From contig CAXXWQ010000004.1 of NCBI GenBank assembly GCA_963674945.2, positions 2,176,001 to 2,240,000 of the forward strand: a stretch of DNA of 64,000 nucleotides, written 5' to 3'. The position numbers were made by a program, and so were the translations under genes. Of this stretch, positions 50,853-61,277 are shown in pieces. The notes under the pieces are model-generated. The model was not told the origin of the DNA. It did not search any database and saw nothing but the letters and a program-made list of their open reading frames with translations. Origin of the DNA: an uncultured Desulfosarcina sp. Its GTDB lineage: Bacteria; Desulfobacterota; Desulfobacteria; Desulfobacterales; Desulfosarcinaceae. Numbering within the stretch: position 1 is the first letter of the stretch; every line of letters starts with the position of its first letter.

Positions 50853-52544
50853 CTATCCCTTTTTCTTCAGCTTGGCCCAGGCATCCCGAAGGGTCACCGT
50901 TCGGTTGAAAACCAGATTGTCTGGCTTGGCGCCCTTGATGTCCACACAGAAATACCCCATCCGTTCGAACTGGCAAATGTATCCCGGCCGGACATCGGCA
51001 AGGCAGGGTTCCAGCTTGCAACCGTCGAGGACCTCCAATGCCTTTTTATTGATGAAATCCTTGTAGGTCTTGCCCTCCACTTTTTCGTCCGGGTTGGCCT
51101 TTTCGAAGAGCCGGTCATAAAGCCGCACCTTGGCATCCACGGCATGGCGCGCGGACACCCAATGGAGCGTTGCCTTGACCTTTCGCCCGTCGGGTGCGTC
51201 TCCGCCCCGTGTGGCCGGATCGTAAGTGCATCGAAGTTCCGTGACTTCACCGGTCGATTCGTCCTTGATCACGTCGATGCAGGTGATGAAGAAGGCGTAT
51301 CGCAACCGTACCTCCCGCCCGGGCCCGAGGCGGAAGAATTTTTTGGGCGGATTCTCCATAAAATCGTCCTTCTCGATGTAGATTTCCCGGGAAAAAGGTA
51401 CCTTTCGGGTTCCCGCCGACGGATCTTCGGGATTGTTTACGGCTTCCAGTTCGTCCACATGGCCTTCGGGATAATTTTCGATGACAACTTTCAAAGGCCG
51501 CAGGACACCCATGACCCGGGGGGCCTTCTTGTTCAAGCTCTCCCGGACGCTGTACTCCAAGAGGGCAACATCCACGACGCTGTCCCGTTTGGCCAGGCCG
51601 ATGCGATCGCAAAAATTCCGGATCGCTTCGGGTGGATAACCCCGACGCCGAAGGCCGCAGATGGTGGGCATCCGCGGGTCGTCCCAACCTTCCACGAAAC
51701 CCTCATCCACCAACTGGATGAGTTTTCTTTTGCTGAGCACCGTATAACTTAGGTTCAGACGGGCGAATTCGATCTGCTGGGGATGGCAGGGGGCACTTAC
51801 GTTGTCCAGCACCCAGTCGTAAAGGGGGCGGTTGTTTTCAAACTCCAGTGTACACAGACTGTGGGTGATGCCTTCGATACTGTCGGACAGGCAATGGGTG
51901 AAATCATACATGGGATAGATACACCACTTGTCTCCGGTACGATGATGTCGGGTCTTTCGGATCCGGTATAGGGTCGGATCGCGCATGATCAGGTTGGGGT
52001 GTGCCATGTCGATCTTGGCCCGCAGCACCCGTGATCCGTCTTCGAATTCACCGGCACGCATGCGGGAAAACAGGTCCAGGTTCTCCTCGACGCTCCGATC
52101 ACGAAACGGACTGTTCTTCCCCGGTTCGGTGAGCGTCCCGCGGTATCGGCGAATCTGGTCTGCGTCAAGGTCATCCACATAGGCCTTGCCCGACGCGATC
52201 AATTCCACGGCAAAATCGTACAACCGGTCGAAATAGTCCGATGCATAGTAAAGCCGCTCTTCCCAGTCATGCCCGAGCCAGCGCACATCTTCCATGATGG
52301 CATCGACATATTCCACGTCCTCCTTGGTGGGATTCGTGTCGTCGAAGCGCATGTTACACGTTCCGCCGTATTCTTTCGCCACACCGAAATTCAGGCAGAT
52401 GGATTTTGCATGGCCGATGTGAAGGTAGCCATTGGGCTCCGGGGGAAACCGAGTGGCCACCTTGCCGTCGTTCTTTCCGGATTTTATATCTGCTTCAATA
52501 ATGGCCGTAATGAAGTTGGTCCCCGACGGGGTTTCATTTTCCAT
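50853..52544 (-). CDS. glnS: Glutamine--tRNA ligase
   Basis: '[14 protein letters not shown]', 'LSKRK', 'QFERMGYF'. Confidence 0.97.
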   Translation of the reverse strand: MENETPSGTNFITAIIEADIKSGKNDGKVATRFPPEPNGYLHIGHAKSICLNFGVAKEYGGTCNMRFDDTNPTKEDVEYVDAIMEDVRWLGHDWEERLYYASDYFDRLYDFAVELIASGKAYVDDLDADQIRRYRGTLTEPGKNSPFRDRSVEENLDLFSRMRAGEFEDGSRVLRAKIDMAHPNLIMRDPTLYRIRKTRHHRTGDKWCIYPMYDFTHCLSDSIEGITHSLCTLEFENNRPLYDWVLDNVSAPCHPQQIEFARLNLSYTVLSKRKLIQLVDEGFVEGWDDPRMPTICGLRRRGYPPEAIRNFCDRIGLAKRDSVVDVALLEYSVRESLNKKAPRVMGVLRPLKVVIENYPEGHVDELEAVNNPEDPSAGTRKVPFSREIYIEKDDFMENPPKKFFRLGPGREVRLRYAFFITCIDVIKDESTGEVTELRCTYDPATRGGDAPDGRKVKATLHWVSARHAVDAKVRLYDRLFEKANPDEKVEGKTYKDFINKKALEVLDGCKLEPCLADVRPGYICQFERMGYFCVDIKGAKPDNLVFNRTVTLRDAWAKLKKKG

Positions 52545-52659
52545 TCTTGTTGGTTCCTTTTTGTGTAAATTTTTTTCTTTTGGGTTGGCTCACCGATGAC
52601 TGGGAACAGACCATTTTTGATCTGGACGAAATTGAATATGGCAAAAACCATAGAGGGTG

Positions 52660-52926
52660 TCAAACCGATATGGGGGCGATGAGGTGCAAACCCACGTGTC
52701 CATCCTCGCACCTGACAACGATGGCGTCGATGGTGATGGGCTCGCGTCCGGCGATGTACAAGACACCCTCGACCCAACCGGAGAGGGGAAAGGGATCATT
52801 GTGGGAGATGCGAAGGCCATTTTTGCTGTAATCGACCACTTCGTATTCTTGCCGCCCGACTTTGAGCGTCGGTCGCATGGAATGTTCACATGAATGTCGC
52901 TGGAAGGCGCGTCTGGGATCTGGCAT
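52660..52926 (-). CDS. Single-domain PilZ protein
   Basis: AGGAG RBS; RxxxR ('RRAFQR') and DxSxxG ('DYSKNG') motifs. Confidence 0.7.
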   Translation of the reverse strand: MPDPRRAFQRHSCEHSMRPTLKVGRQEYEVVDYSKNGLRISHNDPFPLSGWVEGVLYIAGREPITIDAIVVRCEDGHVGLHLIAPISV

Positions 52927-53054
52927 TTGTCCGGCTCCTGGGGATCGTCTGAAGGGGTCCTTTCTTGATTTTCTTCTATCTTATAGGATATCGATCCAAG
53001 CACCATGAACTTTACCCCCCATCGATCGACAATAGACGAAATGGAATCGAGTCG

Positions 53055-54101
53055 TTGAAAATATTGGACAAAACCCACGACCAGTTCGTCGGCCGTATTC
53101 AAAAACGATACGGCACGGGAACCCATATCAGCACGCCGTTGTACCGTCAGGTGATGAAAAAAGGAAAGATCTTTTTCGAAAACCTGCGGCTCGATGGAAA
53201 AAATCGGGAAATTGTAAAAACTCTTTCATCCAACCTGGCCTCGGACGCAGGCAGGGTGGTCCATCGAATATCCGATGAGGGTGTCGTTAAATTCGTCACC
53301 CGTTTGCGAGACGGCCTTGCCATCGAATCGGTGGTAATCCCCATGTTCAGGCGGCATACCCTGTGCGTTTCCAGCCAGGTGGGTTGTCGCATGGGTTGCC
53401 GATTCTGCCTAACCGGCAAGATGGGGCTGATCCGCCACCTGACCGCAGAAGAGATCGTCTGGCAGGTTTTCGCCGCCCGGCACCTTCTTCGGTTCAATAT
53501 CCGAAACGTCGTGTTCATGGGAATGGGGGAACCGTTGGACAACCTTGAAAACGTGATGCAGGCGATCCGGGTACTCTCCGACCAGCGTGGATTGGATATC
53601 GCCCGGCGCTATATTACCGTTTCCACGGTGGGGCTGGCCGAGGGCATCGACCGCCTCGCCCGGATGGAGGGGAACCCGGTCAACCTCGCCGTCTCTCTCA
53701 ACGCACCCGATGACGACATTCGTTGCCGGCTCATGCCCATCAATCGGGTCACGCCCATGGGCGTTTTGATGGAACGACTGACTGCGTATCCCCTGACCAG
53801 GAAGGCCGCCATTCTTATCGGGTATGTGCTCATATCCGGCGTAAACGACGATTCGGGACATGCGCGGGCATTGGCCCGGTACCTTGCCCCTATCCGGGCG
53901 AAGCTAAACCTGATTCGCTATAATCAATCGGAAAATCAAGACTTTCGTGCACCTTCCATGGAAAGTTTCGATCGATTTCACAAACTATTGGTAGCGGAGA
54001 AGGTGTTCGTAAGACGTCGCGGGGAAAAAGGAGGGAAAATCATGGCATCCTGCGGACAGTTGGGTGGCAGGCTGTCATCGTCCGAGAATGGGAACTTGTG
54101 A
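53055..54101 (+). CDS. rlmN: RlmN-family radical SAM RNA methyltransferase (start uncertain)
   Basis: 'CVSSQVGCRMGCRFC', 'MGMGEP', 'SCGQL'. Confidence 0.85.
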   Translation: MKILDKTHDQFVGRIQKRYGTGTHISTPLYRQVMKKGKIFFENLRLDGKNREIVKTLSSNLASDAGRVVHRISDEGVVKFVTRLRDGLAIESVVIPMFRRHTLCVSSQVGCRMGCRFCLTGKMGLIRHLTAEEIVWQVFAARHLLRFNIRNVVFMGMGEPLDNLENVMQAIRVLSDQRGLDIARRYITVSTVGLAEGIDRLARMEGNPVNLAVSLNAPDDDIRCRLMPINRVTPMGVLMERLTAYPLTRKAAILIGYVLISGVNDDSGHARALARYLAPIRAKLNLIRYNQSENQDFRAPSMESFDRFHKLLVAEKVFVRRRGEKGGKIMASCGQLGGRLSSSENGNL

Positions 54102-54266
54102 AATTAATTACATAGAGATGGGAAGTACCCACCATAAAAAGAGAAAGGCGAACCGGTCTTTCCCGTTTCTTCCATGTCACGAGAGCAACGATATTATTTT
54201 TTAACATTTTGTTATTTATGTATATTTAATTACATCCGATGGTGTCTCGCCCCAAGCCATCGGACT

Positions 54267-54282
54267 TGGCATCAAGGTTGCT
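54267..54282 (+). promoter_or_regulatory. sigma54 promoter
   Basis: TGGCATCAAGGTTGCT, GG-N10-GC, preceded by an AT-rich (IHF-like) tract. Confidence 0.65.
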
Positions 54283-54356
54283 TTTACAGGGGGAAACGCC
54301 GGTGAGGCATGGATTAATCAAAATAGATTTGGATACTACCAGTTGGGGCTTGAGAC

Positions 54357-54536
54357 ATGAAAAAAGCAATACCGTTTATCATACTACTTTTTGTCCTGGT
54401 GATATTTCCCTTTCTCAATTCGGGAGCGTTTGCTGATTTTGTCGGGAAAAGCCCGATTCCGATGGATTTCGTATTGGATCCCGTGAACATGCTTCTGTTT
54501 GGAATCGGACTCACTTTTGCCGGTACCAGAGGATAG
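54357..54536 (+). CDS. 59-aa secreted mini-protein with degenerate PEP-CTERM-like tail
   Basis: MKKAIPFIILLFVLVIFPFLNSGAFA|DFVGKSPIPMDFVLDPVNMLLFGIGLTFAGTRG; missed by the ORF track (<60 aa). Confidence 0.55.
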   Translation: MKKAIPFIILLFVLVIFPFLNSGAFADFVGKSPIPMDFVLDPVNMLLFGIGLTFAGTRG

Positions 54537-54727
54537 GAAAAAAATAGTGTTTGGATATGTCATGGAACATAAGAAAAGATACAAAATCACCCACCGCAAC
54601 ACTCTCCTTGTAACAGCACCGAGCGCAATCGTCGCCATCGGCTGCAGGTAAATCGCCTTCATTAAAAAAATAAGGGAAGTTCCATGGCAACGCCATGGAA
54701 CTTCCCTTTGCATTTTCTATGAACGGG

Positions 54728-55390
54728 TCAGGAAATGGCGTCTTTAAATATTTCAAGTCCCAAGCGCGCGATGGTCTTTCCCAGTCGTTCCCCCTTCTGC
54801 GCATTTTCCTTGTAACATTGAACAACCGAATCGATGGCATCTTGCACCCCCCTGTCATCCAATCCTGTCGCCACCGACGCGGCAATCCGGGGATCGGCGC
54901 CCACGTTTCCGCCGATCACCAACTGCCACCCATCCTTTTGTCCGATCAAGCCGATGTCCCTTACCCACGATTCGGAACAGCTCAAGTTGCATCCGGATAC
55001 CGCCATCTTGAATTTTCCGGGAAGTTCCATGCTGTGGTATTTTTTATCCAACGCCATGCCGATGCCCAGTGCATCCTGCTTACCCAACCGGCAGAACGTG
55101 GTTCCCGGGCACGCCCGAACACTTCGCACACAAAGCCCCACAGCGGCGCCTTTGTCCAGTTTCAGCTCTTCCCAGGCGGAATCGATATCCTGCTCTTTCA
55201 ACCCTACGATGGCCATTCGCGTGGCTCCGGTGATCTTTATTGCCTGGGCCCCGTATTTTTCCGCCACGTCGGCGATCTTCCTGAGCAGTTGTGGTGTCAC
55301 CACGCCGCAGGGAATGTGCGGGGCAATGGCATAAGTTTCTTTGTCGCGCTGTAAAATGGCTCCTTTTTCGCCTAACTTCAGCATCATCAA
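54728..55390 (-). CDS. Small nitrite/sulfite reductase 4Fe-4S/siroheme domain protein
   Basis: 'CPGTTFC', 'KFKMAVSGCNLSC', 'GERLGK'. Confidence 0.85.
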   Translation of the reverse strand: MMMLKLGEKGAILQRDKETYAIAPHIPCGVVTPQLLRKIADVAEKYGAQAIKITGATRMAIVGLKEQDIDSAWEELKLDKGAAVGLCVRSVRACPGTTFCRLGKQDALGIGMALDKKYHSMELPGKFKMAVSGCNLSCSESWVRDIGLIGQKDGWQLVIGGNVGADPRIAASVATGLDDRGVQDAIDSVVQCYKENAQKGERLGKTIARLGLEIFKDAIS

Positions 55391-55453
55391 CCTCCTGTGC
55401 CTGAGTCGGCACGATCTTGGGGAATGGTCGTTTTCAACAAAACAGTCATCTTT

Positions 55454-55607
55454 GATGAACTTGTAAAAAGCAGGGTTTCGGACGGCTTCGTAAAAAGTTC
55501 GAGATCAAGGATTGCGAATCCCGAGGAATGAGGCGTATTTACGATACGTGGCAGTGGCGAGGGATGAAGCGTAACGCCGATATCGGACTTTTTACGGAGC
55601 CGTCATC
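55454..55607. repeat. Palindromic REP/MITE-like intergenic element
   Basis: Inverted arms GACGGCTTCGTAAAAAGTTCG (55481) / CGGACTTTTTACGGAGCCGTC (to 55604), plus an extra GATGAACTTGTAAAAAG arm at 55454. Confidence 0.8.
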
Positions 55608-55754
55608 TTTCATACGAAAAAGCGTCCCTGAAAGCAAACCGTATTATCATGCTGCAGAATGGATTGTATTTGCAAGACTGATAAATTTCCAACATATAAA
55701 AATACGATCGGCCCATTGCGAAAGCGAACGGTTTGTCTTGTTTGATAATATCTG

Positions 55755-55807
55755 TTGACTTGGTCGCGATATGGAATACATTCCACAGTTATCTGAATGT
55801 TTCATTC
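55755..55807 (+). promoter_or_regulatory. sigma70-type promoter with palindromic operator(s) for the TRAP operon
   Basis: TTGACT-16-TACATT; palindrome TGGAAT-AC-ATTCCA (55772-55785) covers the -10; second palindrome GAATG-TTT-CATTC (55795-55807). Confidence 0.55.
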
Positions 55808-55827
55808 GAACCAAAGGAGGAGATCCG

Positions 55828-56805
55828 ATGAAAAAGTCTATCGTTCTTATGGCAGTCTCGATGCTGCTTGTCTTTTCGGGTGCTGCAATGGCAAAAATGA
55901 CCATCAAACTCGCCGTCGTTACCAAGCCCGGCTCGGCCCAGAACATCGCCGCGGAAAAATTCAAATCCCTGATCGAAGCGAAAAGTAACAACGACATTTC
56001 CGTAAAGATCTACCACAGCGCATCTTTGGGCAACGAAACCGAGATTCTGCAGCAGGTGCAGATGAACACGATCCAGATGGCCATCGTCACCGGCGGCCCC
56101 TTCGATACGTTCGATCCCATCACCCGCGTCATCAACTACCCCTTTTTGTTCAAGGACAACGATCAGGCGGATAAAATCCTCGACGGCCCCCTTGGCACCG
56201 AAATTCTGAAAAGCCTGGAAAGTTCCAAATTCAAGGGGTTGTGCTTTTCCGAAAACGGATTTCGCAATCTGACCAACAACAAGCGGCCGGTGACCAGCCC
56301 TGACGATATCAAAGGGCTGAAGATTCGCGTCATGGCCTCGACCATTCACAAGGCCATCTGGCAGGCCCTGGGTGCAAACCCCACCCCCATGCCATGGCCG
56401 ATCTACACCGAGTTGGAACAGGGGGTCATCGACGGCCAGGAAAATCCCCTCTGGGTCATGGAGGTCTACAAATTTTACGAGATCCAAAAGTACATGACCC
56501 TCACCCGCCACGTCTACTCCTACCACATCGACGTGGCATCCCTTGACTGGTGGAATACCCTGTCTGAAGCGAACCGGAAGATGATTCAGGAGGCCATGTA
56601 CGAGGCCGCCGTGTTTCAACGGAAAGACAATCGCAGCAAGGATGCCGACCGATTGAAACTGCTCAAGGAAAAGGGGATGCAGGTCGTGGAAAATCCCGAC
56701 GTGGACGCCTTTCGCGCCAAAGTGGCCCATCTGAAGGACATGGACCTGTACAGCGATCCCAAGGTAAAGGCTATGCTGGAAAAGATGATTGCGGCCACTA
56801 AATAG
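55828..56805 (+). CDS. dctP: TRAP transporter solute-binding protein
   Basis: Signal peptide, 'NGFR', 'GLKIR', 'DGQENP'. Confidence 0.93.
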   Translation: MKKSIVLMAVSMLLVFSGAAMAKMTIKLAVVTKPGSAQNIAAEKFKSLIEAKSNNDISVKIYHSASLGNETEILQQVQMNTIQMAIVTGGPFDTFDPITRVINYPFLFKDNDQADKILDGPLGTEILKSLESSKFKGLCFSENGFRNLTNNKRPVTSPDDIKGLKIRVMASTIHKAIWQALGANPTPMPWPIYTELEQGVIDGQENPLWVMEVYKFYEIQKYMTLTRHVYSYHIDVASLDWWNTLSEANRKMIQEAMYEAAVFQRKDNRSKDADRLKLLKEKGMQVVENPDVDAFRAKVAHLKDMDLYSDPKVKAMLEKMIAATK

Positions 56806-56875
56806 TCCCCATCCAGAAATGCCTATTTCTAGACGCACACGAATTTACCGGAACTCATCGAAAAGTGGAGTATTT

Positions 56876-57361
56876 GTGTCTTTCTTGAATAAGCTGAGCG
56901 CCACGATCAACAAGAAAATCGAGTACCTGGTTTTCGGGCTCGGTCTCTCCATGGCATTGATCGTGGCGCTTCAGGTTTTTTTTCGATATGGTTTGAACCA
57001 ATCGCTGTTCTGGTCAGAGGAACTGGCCCGCTACCTGCTCGTCTGGCTCACCTTCCTCGGCGCCTCGGCCGCCTATTTTCGCGGTGCCCATCCGGGTGTG
57101 GACGTGCTGGTCAACCGAATGGGCCGACGCCAGAGACGGGCTGTGGCCCTGTTGACCCATCTTCTATCCATCGGCTTGTTTCTGGTGATGATCGTCTACG
57201 GATGCCGGTTCGCCTATTTTGTCCGGATGCAGTCCACACCCGCCCTGCAAGTACCCAAGTGGATCATCCTCATGGTCATTCCCGTCAGCGGTGTCATTTT
57301 TCTGGTTCACGGCCTGGGTTTTCTCGTCAATGAATGGCATCGGAGCGGCCATGACAGCTGA
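56876..57361 (+). CDS. dctQ: TRAP transporter small permease
   Basis: 'QVFFRY...WSEELARY'; 4 TM. Confidence 0.9.
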   Translation: MSFLNKLSATINKKIEYLVFGLGLSMALIVALQVFFRYGLNQSLFWSEELARYLLVWLTFLGASAAYFRGAHPGVDVLVNRMGRRQRRAVALLTHLLSIGLFLVMIVYGCRFAYFVRMQSTPALQVPKWIILMVIPVSGVIFLVHGLGFLVNEWHRSGHDS

Positions 57362-58634
57362 GATCCTGCTCATATCACTGCTGGTTCTGTTTGCCATCAA
57401 CACACCCATCGCCATTGCCATCGGTGTCGCCTCGGTCCTGGGAATCCTCGTCCAGGGTGACTTCAATCCCATGATGCTGGTCCAGCGCATGTTCGGCGGT
57501 ACCGACTCGTTTCATCTCATGGCCGTCCCCCTGTTCATGTTTACGGGGACCATCATGGAGGCCGGCGGCATCAGCAGGCGGATCATCGACTTCGCCGATG
57601 CGCTCGTGGGATGGCTGCCCGGCGGCATGGCTGCCGTGACCATCGTCTCGGCCATGTTTTTTGCCGGCATCTCCGGATCGGCAGCCGCGGATGCGGCGGC
57701 CGTCGGGGCCATCTTGATTCCGGCCATGAAAAAAACAGGATACGAATCCGATTTCTCCGCTGCAGTCCTGGCCTCCGGCGGATCCATCGGCGTGATCATC
57801 CCCCCGTCGATTCCCATGATCATTTTCGGTTTTTTGACCGGTGCCTCCATCGGCCAATTGTTTGCCGCGGGCATCCTGCCGGGCCTTTTGATCGGCATGT
57901 CGCTCATCGCTGTGGCAACGTTCATCTCCTGGAAGAGAGGATATCGTGCGACGACACGCTTCTCGCCCGGCCGTGTCTGGCAAACCTTCAGACGCGCCAT
58001 TCTCGCCCTGGGTGCACCGCTGATCATTCTCGGCGGGATATTGCTCGGGATATTTACGGCGACAGAATCGGCGGCGGTTGCCGTCGTATACGGGTTGGTG
58101 GTGGGAATGGTCGTCTATCGGAAGATCGGTGTAAGGGACCTTTTTCCCCTGTTCCGGGATGGGGCAATCACCGCTTCCATCGTCATGCTGATTATCGCAA
58201 CCGCATCGGCATTCAGTTGGATCGCGGCCATCGAAGAGATTCCAGCCCGCCTCGCCGGTGGCCTGCTCGGGCTCACCACGCACCCGGCGGCGCTGCTCAT
58301 GCTGATCAACCTGGTGCTGCTCATTGCCGGGACCTTCGTGGAAACCACGGCGGCGTTGATCCTGCTGGTGCCCATGATCACGGCCATGCTGCCCTCTTTG
58401 GGTATTGACGTGGTTCAATTGGGTGTGATCGTCGTCACCAATCTGGCCATCGGCATGTTGACGCCACCCATGGGAATATGCCTGATCGTCTCCTGCAGCA
58501 TATCCGGAGACAACCTGGTGGCCATCAGCAGACGCGTGCTGCCATTCATGGCCATCCTCATCGTCGATTTGCTGATCATCACCTTCTATTCTCCCATTAC
58601 CATGTGGATGGCAAACTGGATTACCCGGCCATGA
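57351..58634 (+). CDS. dctM: TRAP transporter large permease
   Basis: 'GISGSAAAD', 'IIPPSIPMI', 'GMLTPPMG'. Confidence 0.93.
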   Translation: MTAEILLISLLVLFAINTPIAIAIGVASVLGILVQGDFNPMMLVQRMFGGTDSFHLMAVPLFMFTGTIMEAGGISRRIIDFADALVGWLPGGMAAVTIVSAMFFAGISGSAAADAAAVGAILIPAMKKTGYESDFSAAVLASGGSIGVIIPPSIPMIIFGFLTGASIGQLFAAGILPGLLIGMSLIAVATFISWKRGYRATTRFSPGRVWQTFRRAILALGAPLIILGGILLGIFTATESAAVAVVYGLVVGMVVYRKIGVRDLFPLFRDGAITASIVMLIIATASAFSWIAAIEEIPARLAGGLLGLTTHPAALLMLINLVLLIAGTFVETTAALILLVPMITAMLPSLGIDVVQLGVIVVTNLAIGMLTPPMGICLIVSCSISGDNLVAISRRVLPFMAILIVDLLIITFYSPITMWMANWITRP

Positions 58635-58720
58635 TCGATGAACGATTAACATAACGATAGAAAATCATCCTCTTCCGAAAAGCACAAATTTTGGAAAATG
58701 CGTCGTAAAAAGGAAACACT

Positions 58721-59785
58721 ATGAACGATATATATGAAAACCTGGCCGCGCACCTGGACAAATTGCCCGCCGGCTTCCCCCGCACCGCATCGGGTGTCGA
58801 AATACGCATCCTAAAGCGCCTGTTCACCAGAAAAGAGGCCGAGATCGCCACGGCCCTGACCATGATTCCCGAACCGGCCCCGGACGTCGCCGCCAGGCTG
58901 AAAGAGGACCCGGAGCGCATGGAAGCGGCCCTGTCCGCCATGGCCCGAAAAGGGTTGATTTTCAGGATATCCAAGAAAGACCAGAACCTGTACAGCGCTT
59001 CCCAGTTCGTTGTGGGGATATGGGAGTATCACCTCAACGATTTGGACGAAGCATTGATCAAAGATGTCAACGAATACATGCCCGCCCTGCTCCAGGAGAG
59101 TTGGGTAAAGGCGGACACCAAGCAGCTGCGGGTGGTACCGGTGGCAAAGAGCGTATCGGCCGAAATGGCCATCATGCCTTACGAGGCGGCGGAAGCCATC
59201 ATCTCCCGGCAGTCCAAAATCGTCGTATCCGACTGCATCTGTCGAAAAGAACAGAGAATGATCGGCAAAGGCTGCGATAAACCCATGGAAACCTGTTTCA
59301 CTTTCGGCGCAGCGGCGCAGTATTACGAAGAGAACAAGCTGGGACGGGAAATCGACCAAGCCGAGGCGCTGGTCATCCTCAAGTCCGGTATCGATGCCGG
59401 TTTGGTGCTGCAGCCGGGCAACCAGCAAAAAGCCATCAACATCTGCATGTGTTGTGGTTGTTGCTGCGGCGTCCTCAAGAACTTGAAGTCGTTGGACAGC
59501 CCGGCCCGGATCGTCCATACCAATTTTTACGCGCGAGTGGATGAGACGCTGTGCAGCGCTTGCGAAGCCTGCGTGGAGCGCTGTCAGATGGCTGCCATCC
59601 AGGTAGACGATGTTGCACGCATCGACCTGGACCGATGCATCGGCTGTGGCCTTTGCGTAACCGACTGCCCAACCGGTGCAATTGTTCTTGTGCAAAAAGA
59701 CGAGAAAAATCGATATCTTCCACCCAAAAATGCCGTGGAAACCTATCTCAGGATGGCACAGGAACGGGCGATCCGGAAAAAATAG
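58721..59785 (+). CDS. Cys-rich 4Fe-4S binding protein with N-terminal wHTH-like region
   Basis: 'CICR', 'ICMCCGCCC', two CxxCxxCxxxC motifs. Confidence 0.85.
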   Translation: MNDIYENLAAHLDKLPAGFPRTASGVEIRILKRLFTRKEAEIATALTMIPEPAPDVAARLKEDPERMEAALSAMARKGLIFRISKKDQNLYSASQFVVGIWEYHLNDLDEALIKDVNEYMPALLQESWVKADTKQLRVVPVAKSVSAEMAIMPYEAAEAIISRQSKIVVSDCICRKEQRMIGKGCDKPMETCFTFGAAAQYYEENKLGREIDQAEALVILKSGIDAGLVLQPGNQQKAINICMCCGCCCGVLKNLKSLDSPARIVHTNFYARVDETLCSACEACVERCQMAAIQVDDVARIDLDRCIGCGLCVTDCPTGAIVLVQKDEKNRYLPPKNAVETYLRMAQERAIRKK

Positions 59786-59956
59786 GTGCCAGGTGAGTTC
59801 GCGGACCCAATGGGAAAAGGTCTTTCCCGCCATAGGTGACCGCTGCCCCTTCATGAACGGATGCATGAAGCCGGTTGCTTTTTTCCTTGCTGACGATCCC
59901 CCTGCCTGCTATTCTTCCAATGTTTTCATGCACCTTTTGCCCGCAGGACCGGAGAT

Positions 59957-60331
59957 ATGATGTCCACCAAAACCAAGAAAGAGAATCCGAAAAAGGTTTG
60001 CGTTAAATCCAAAGTCTGGCTGGAAGACAAACAGGGTCGTATCATTTTTGGCCTGGGCCGCACCCGAATCTTGCAGGCGATCGAAAAATGCGGGTCCCTG
60101 AATGCGGCGGCCAAAGAGCTGAAGATGAGCTACCGTGCCATCTGGGGTAAAATCAAGGTAACCGAAGAGGCGCTGGGAAGGCCCCTTTTGGAAAAGCAAC
60201 AAGGAGGAGTCTCCGGTGGCGGATCGAAGCTGACGCCCTATGCCCACGTTCTCATCAAACGCTACCTGACCCTTTCCCGCATCATCGATACCGAGGCCGA
60301 TGATCTGTTCGAGTCCGGATTTCTTGATTAA
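59957..60331 (+). CDS. ModE-like winged-helix regulator (HTH only)
   Basis: 'FGLGR..ILQAI...GSLNAAAKELKMSYRAIWGKI', 'GGGS.LT'. Confidence 0.85.
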   Translation: MMSTKTKKENPKKVCVKSKVWLEDKQGRIIFGLGRTRILQAIEKCGSLNAAAKELKMSYRAIWGKIKVTEEALGRPLLEKQQGGVSGGGSKLTPYAHVLIKRYLTLSRIIDTEADDLFESGFLD

Positions 60332-60340
60332 AGGATCACA

Positions 60341-61255
60341 ATGAATATCAATGTAATTGGTGCCGGTGCCATGGGCAGCCTCTTTGGCGGCCTTCTTGCC
60401 GAAGCCGGTGAGACGGTGACCCTTGTGGATCTTCGCAAGGATCATGTTAACATGTTGAACGAACGAGGATTGACCATCGAAAAAGATGGCGAGAATCGCA
60501 AGGTCCGGATCACGGCTGTCGCCGATCATGGCATTGCTCCTTGTTCGGATCTGACCATCGTTTTCGTTAAATCCACCCACACCGCCGCGGCGGCCCAAAC
60601 GGCAAAACGACTGGCCGGGCAGGACGGATCGGTCCTGACGCTGCAAAACGGAATGGGAAATGCCGACACATTGGCCGATGTGCTTACGCCCGACCAGGTG
60701 ATCGCCGGCACCACATCCCATGGCGCCACATTTCTGGGACCCGGCGCCATTCGCCATGCCGGTGTCGGCGAAACGGTCATCGGACCCTGGAATTCGAAGG
60801 GAGAGACGAGAGCGCGTCAGGTGGCCGAGCTGTTCAATCGCGCCGGTATCGTAACCCGGGTGGTGGATGACGTCCGCCGCGTGTTGTGGGCCAAATTGTT
60901 CATCAATGTCGGAATCAACGCCATCACGGCCCTTACGGGCATCAAAAACGGACAGTTGTTGGACCTGGAAGAGACGCGGCAGATTTGTGAAGAAGCGGTA
61001 CGGGAGGCCATGGCCGTAGCACAATTCCAGGGAATCGAAATCGAAGGAGATCCAGCACAAAAGGTGTTTGCGGTGGCAGCGGCGACCGGCCCCAACCGGT
61101 CGTCCATGGGCCAGGACGTGGACAACTGCCGGATGACGGAGATCACCGCCATCAATGGATTTATCGTAAAGCATGCCAAAAACGCAGGAGTACCGGTTCC
61201 GGTGAACCAGACGCTGACGGCATTGATCGAGACCCTTCAGGCTCACTATTCATGA
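60341..61255 (+). CDS. panE: 2-dehydropantoate 2-reductase
   Basis: 'GAGAMG', 'LQNG', 'WAKL', 'SSMGQD', 'TEI..ING'; adjacent to panB. Confidence 0.92.
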   Translation: MNINVIGAGAMGSLFGGLLAEAGETVTLVDLRKDHVNMLNERGLTIEKDGENRKVRITAVADHGIAPCSDLTIVFVKSTHTAAAAQTAKRLAGQDGSVLTLQNGMGNADTLADVLTPDQVIAGTTSHGATFLGPGAIRHAGVGETVIGPWNSKGETRARQVAELFNRAGIVTRVVDDVRRVLWAKLFINVGINAITALTGIKNGQLLDLEETRQICEEAVREAMAVAQFQGIEIEGDPAQKVFAVAAATGPNRSSMGQDVDNCRMTEITAINGFIVKHAKNAGVPVPVNQTLTALIETLQAHYS

Positions 61256-61277
61256 ACAGGAAGAAAGGAAAGAAACC

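Noticed and set aside
9815..61246. Long antisense ORFs (e.g. 9815..10957, 43397..44710, 55789..56838, 57375..58652, 59909..61246)
   Set aside because: They shadow well-supported genes on the opposite strand and show no motifs; expected from GC-rich codon usage
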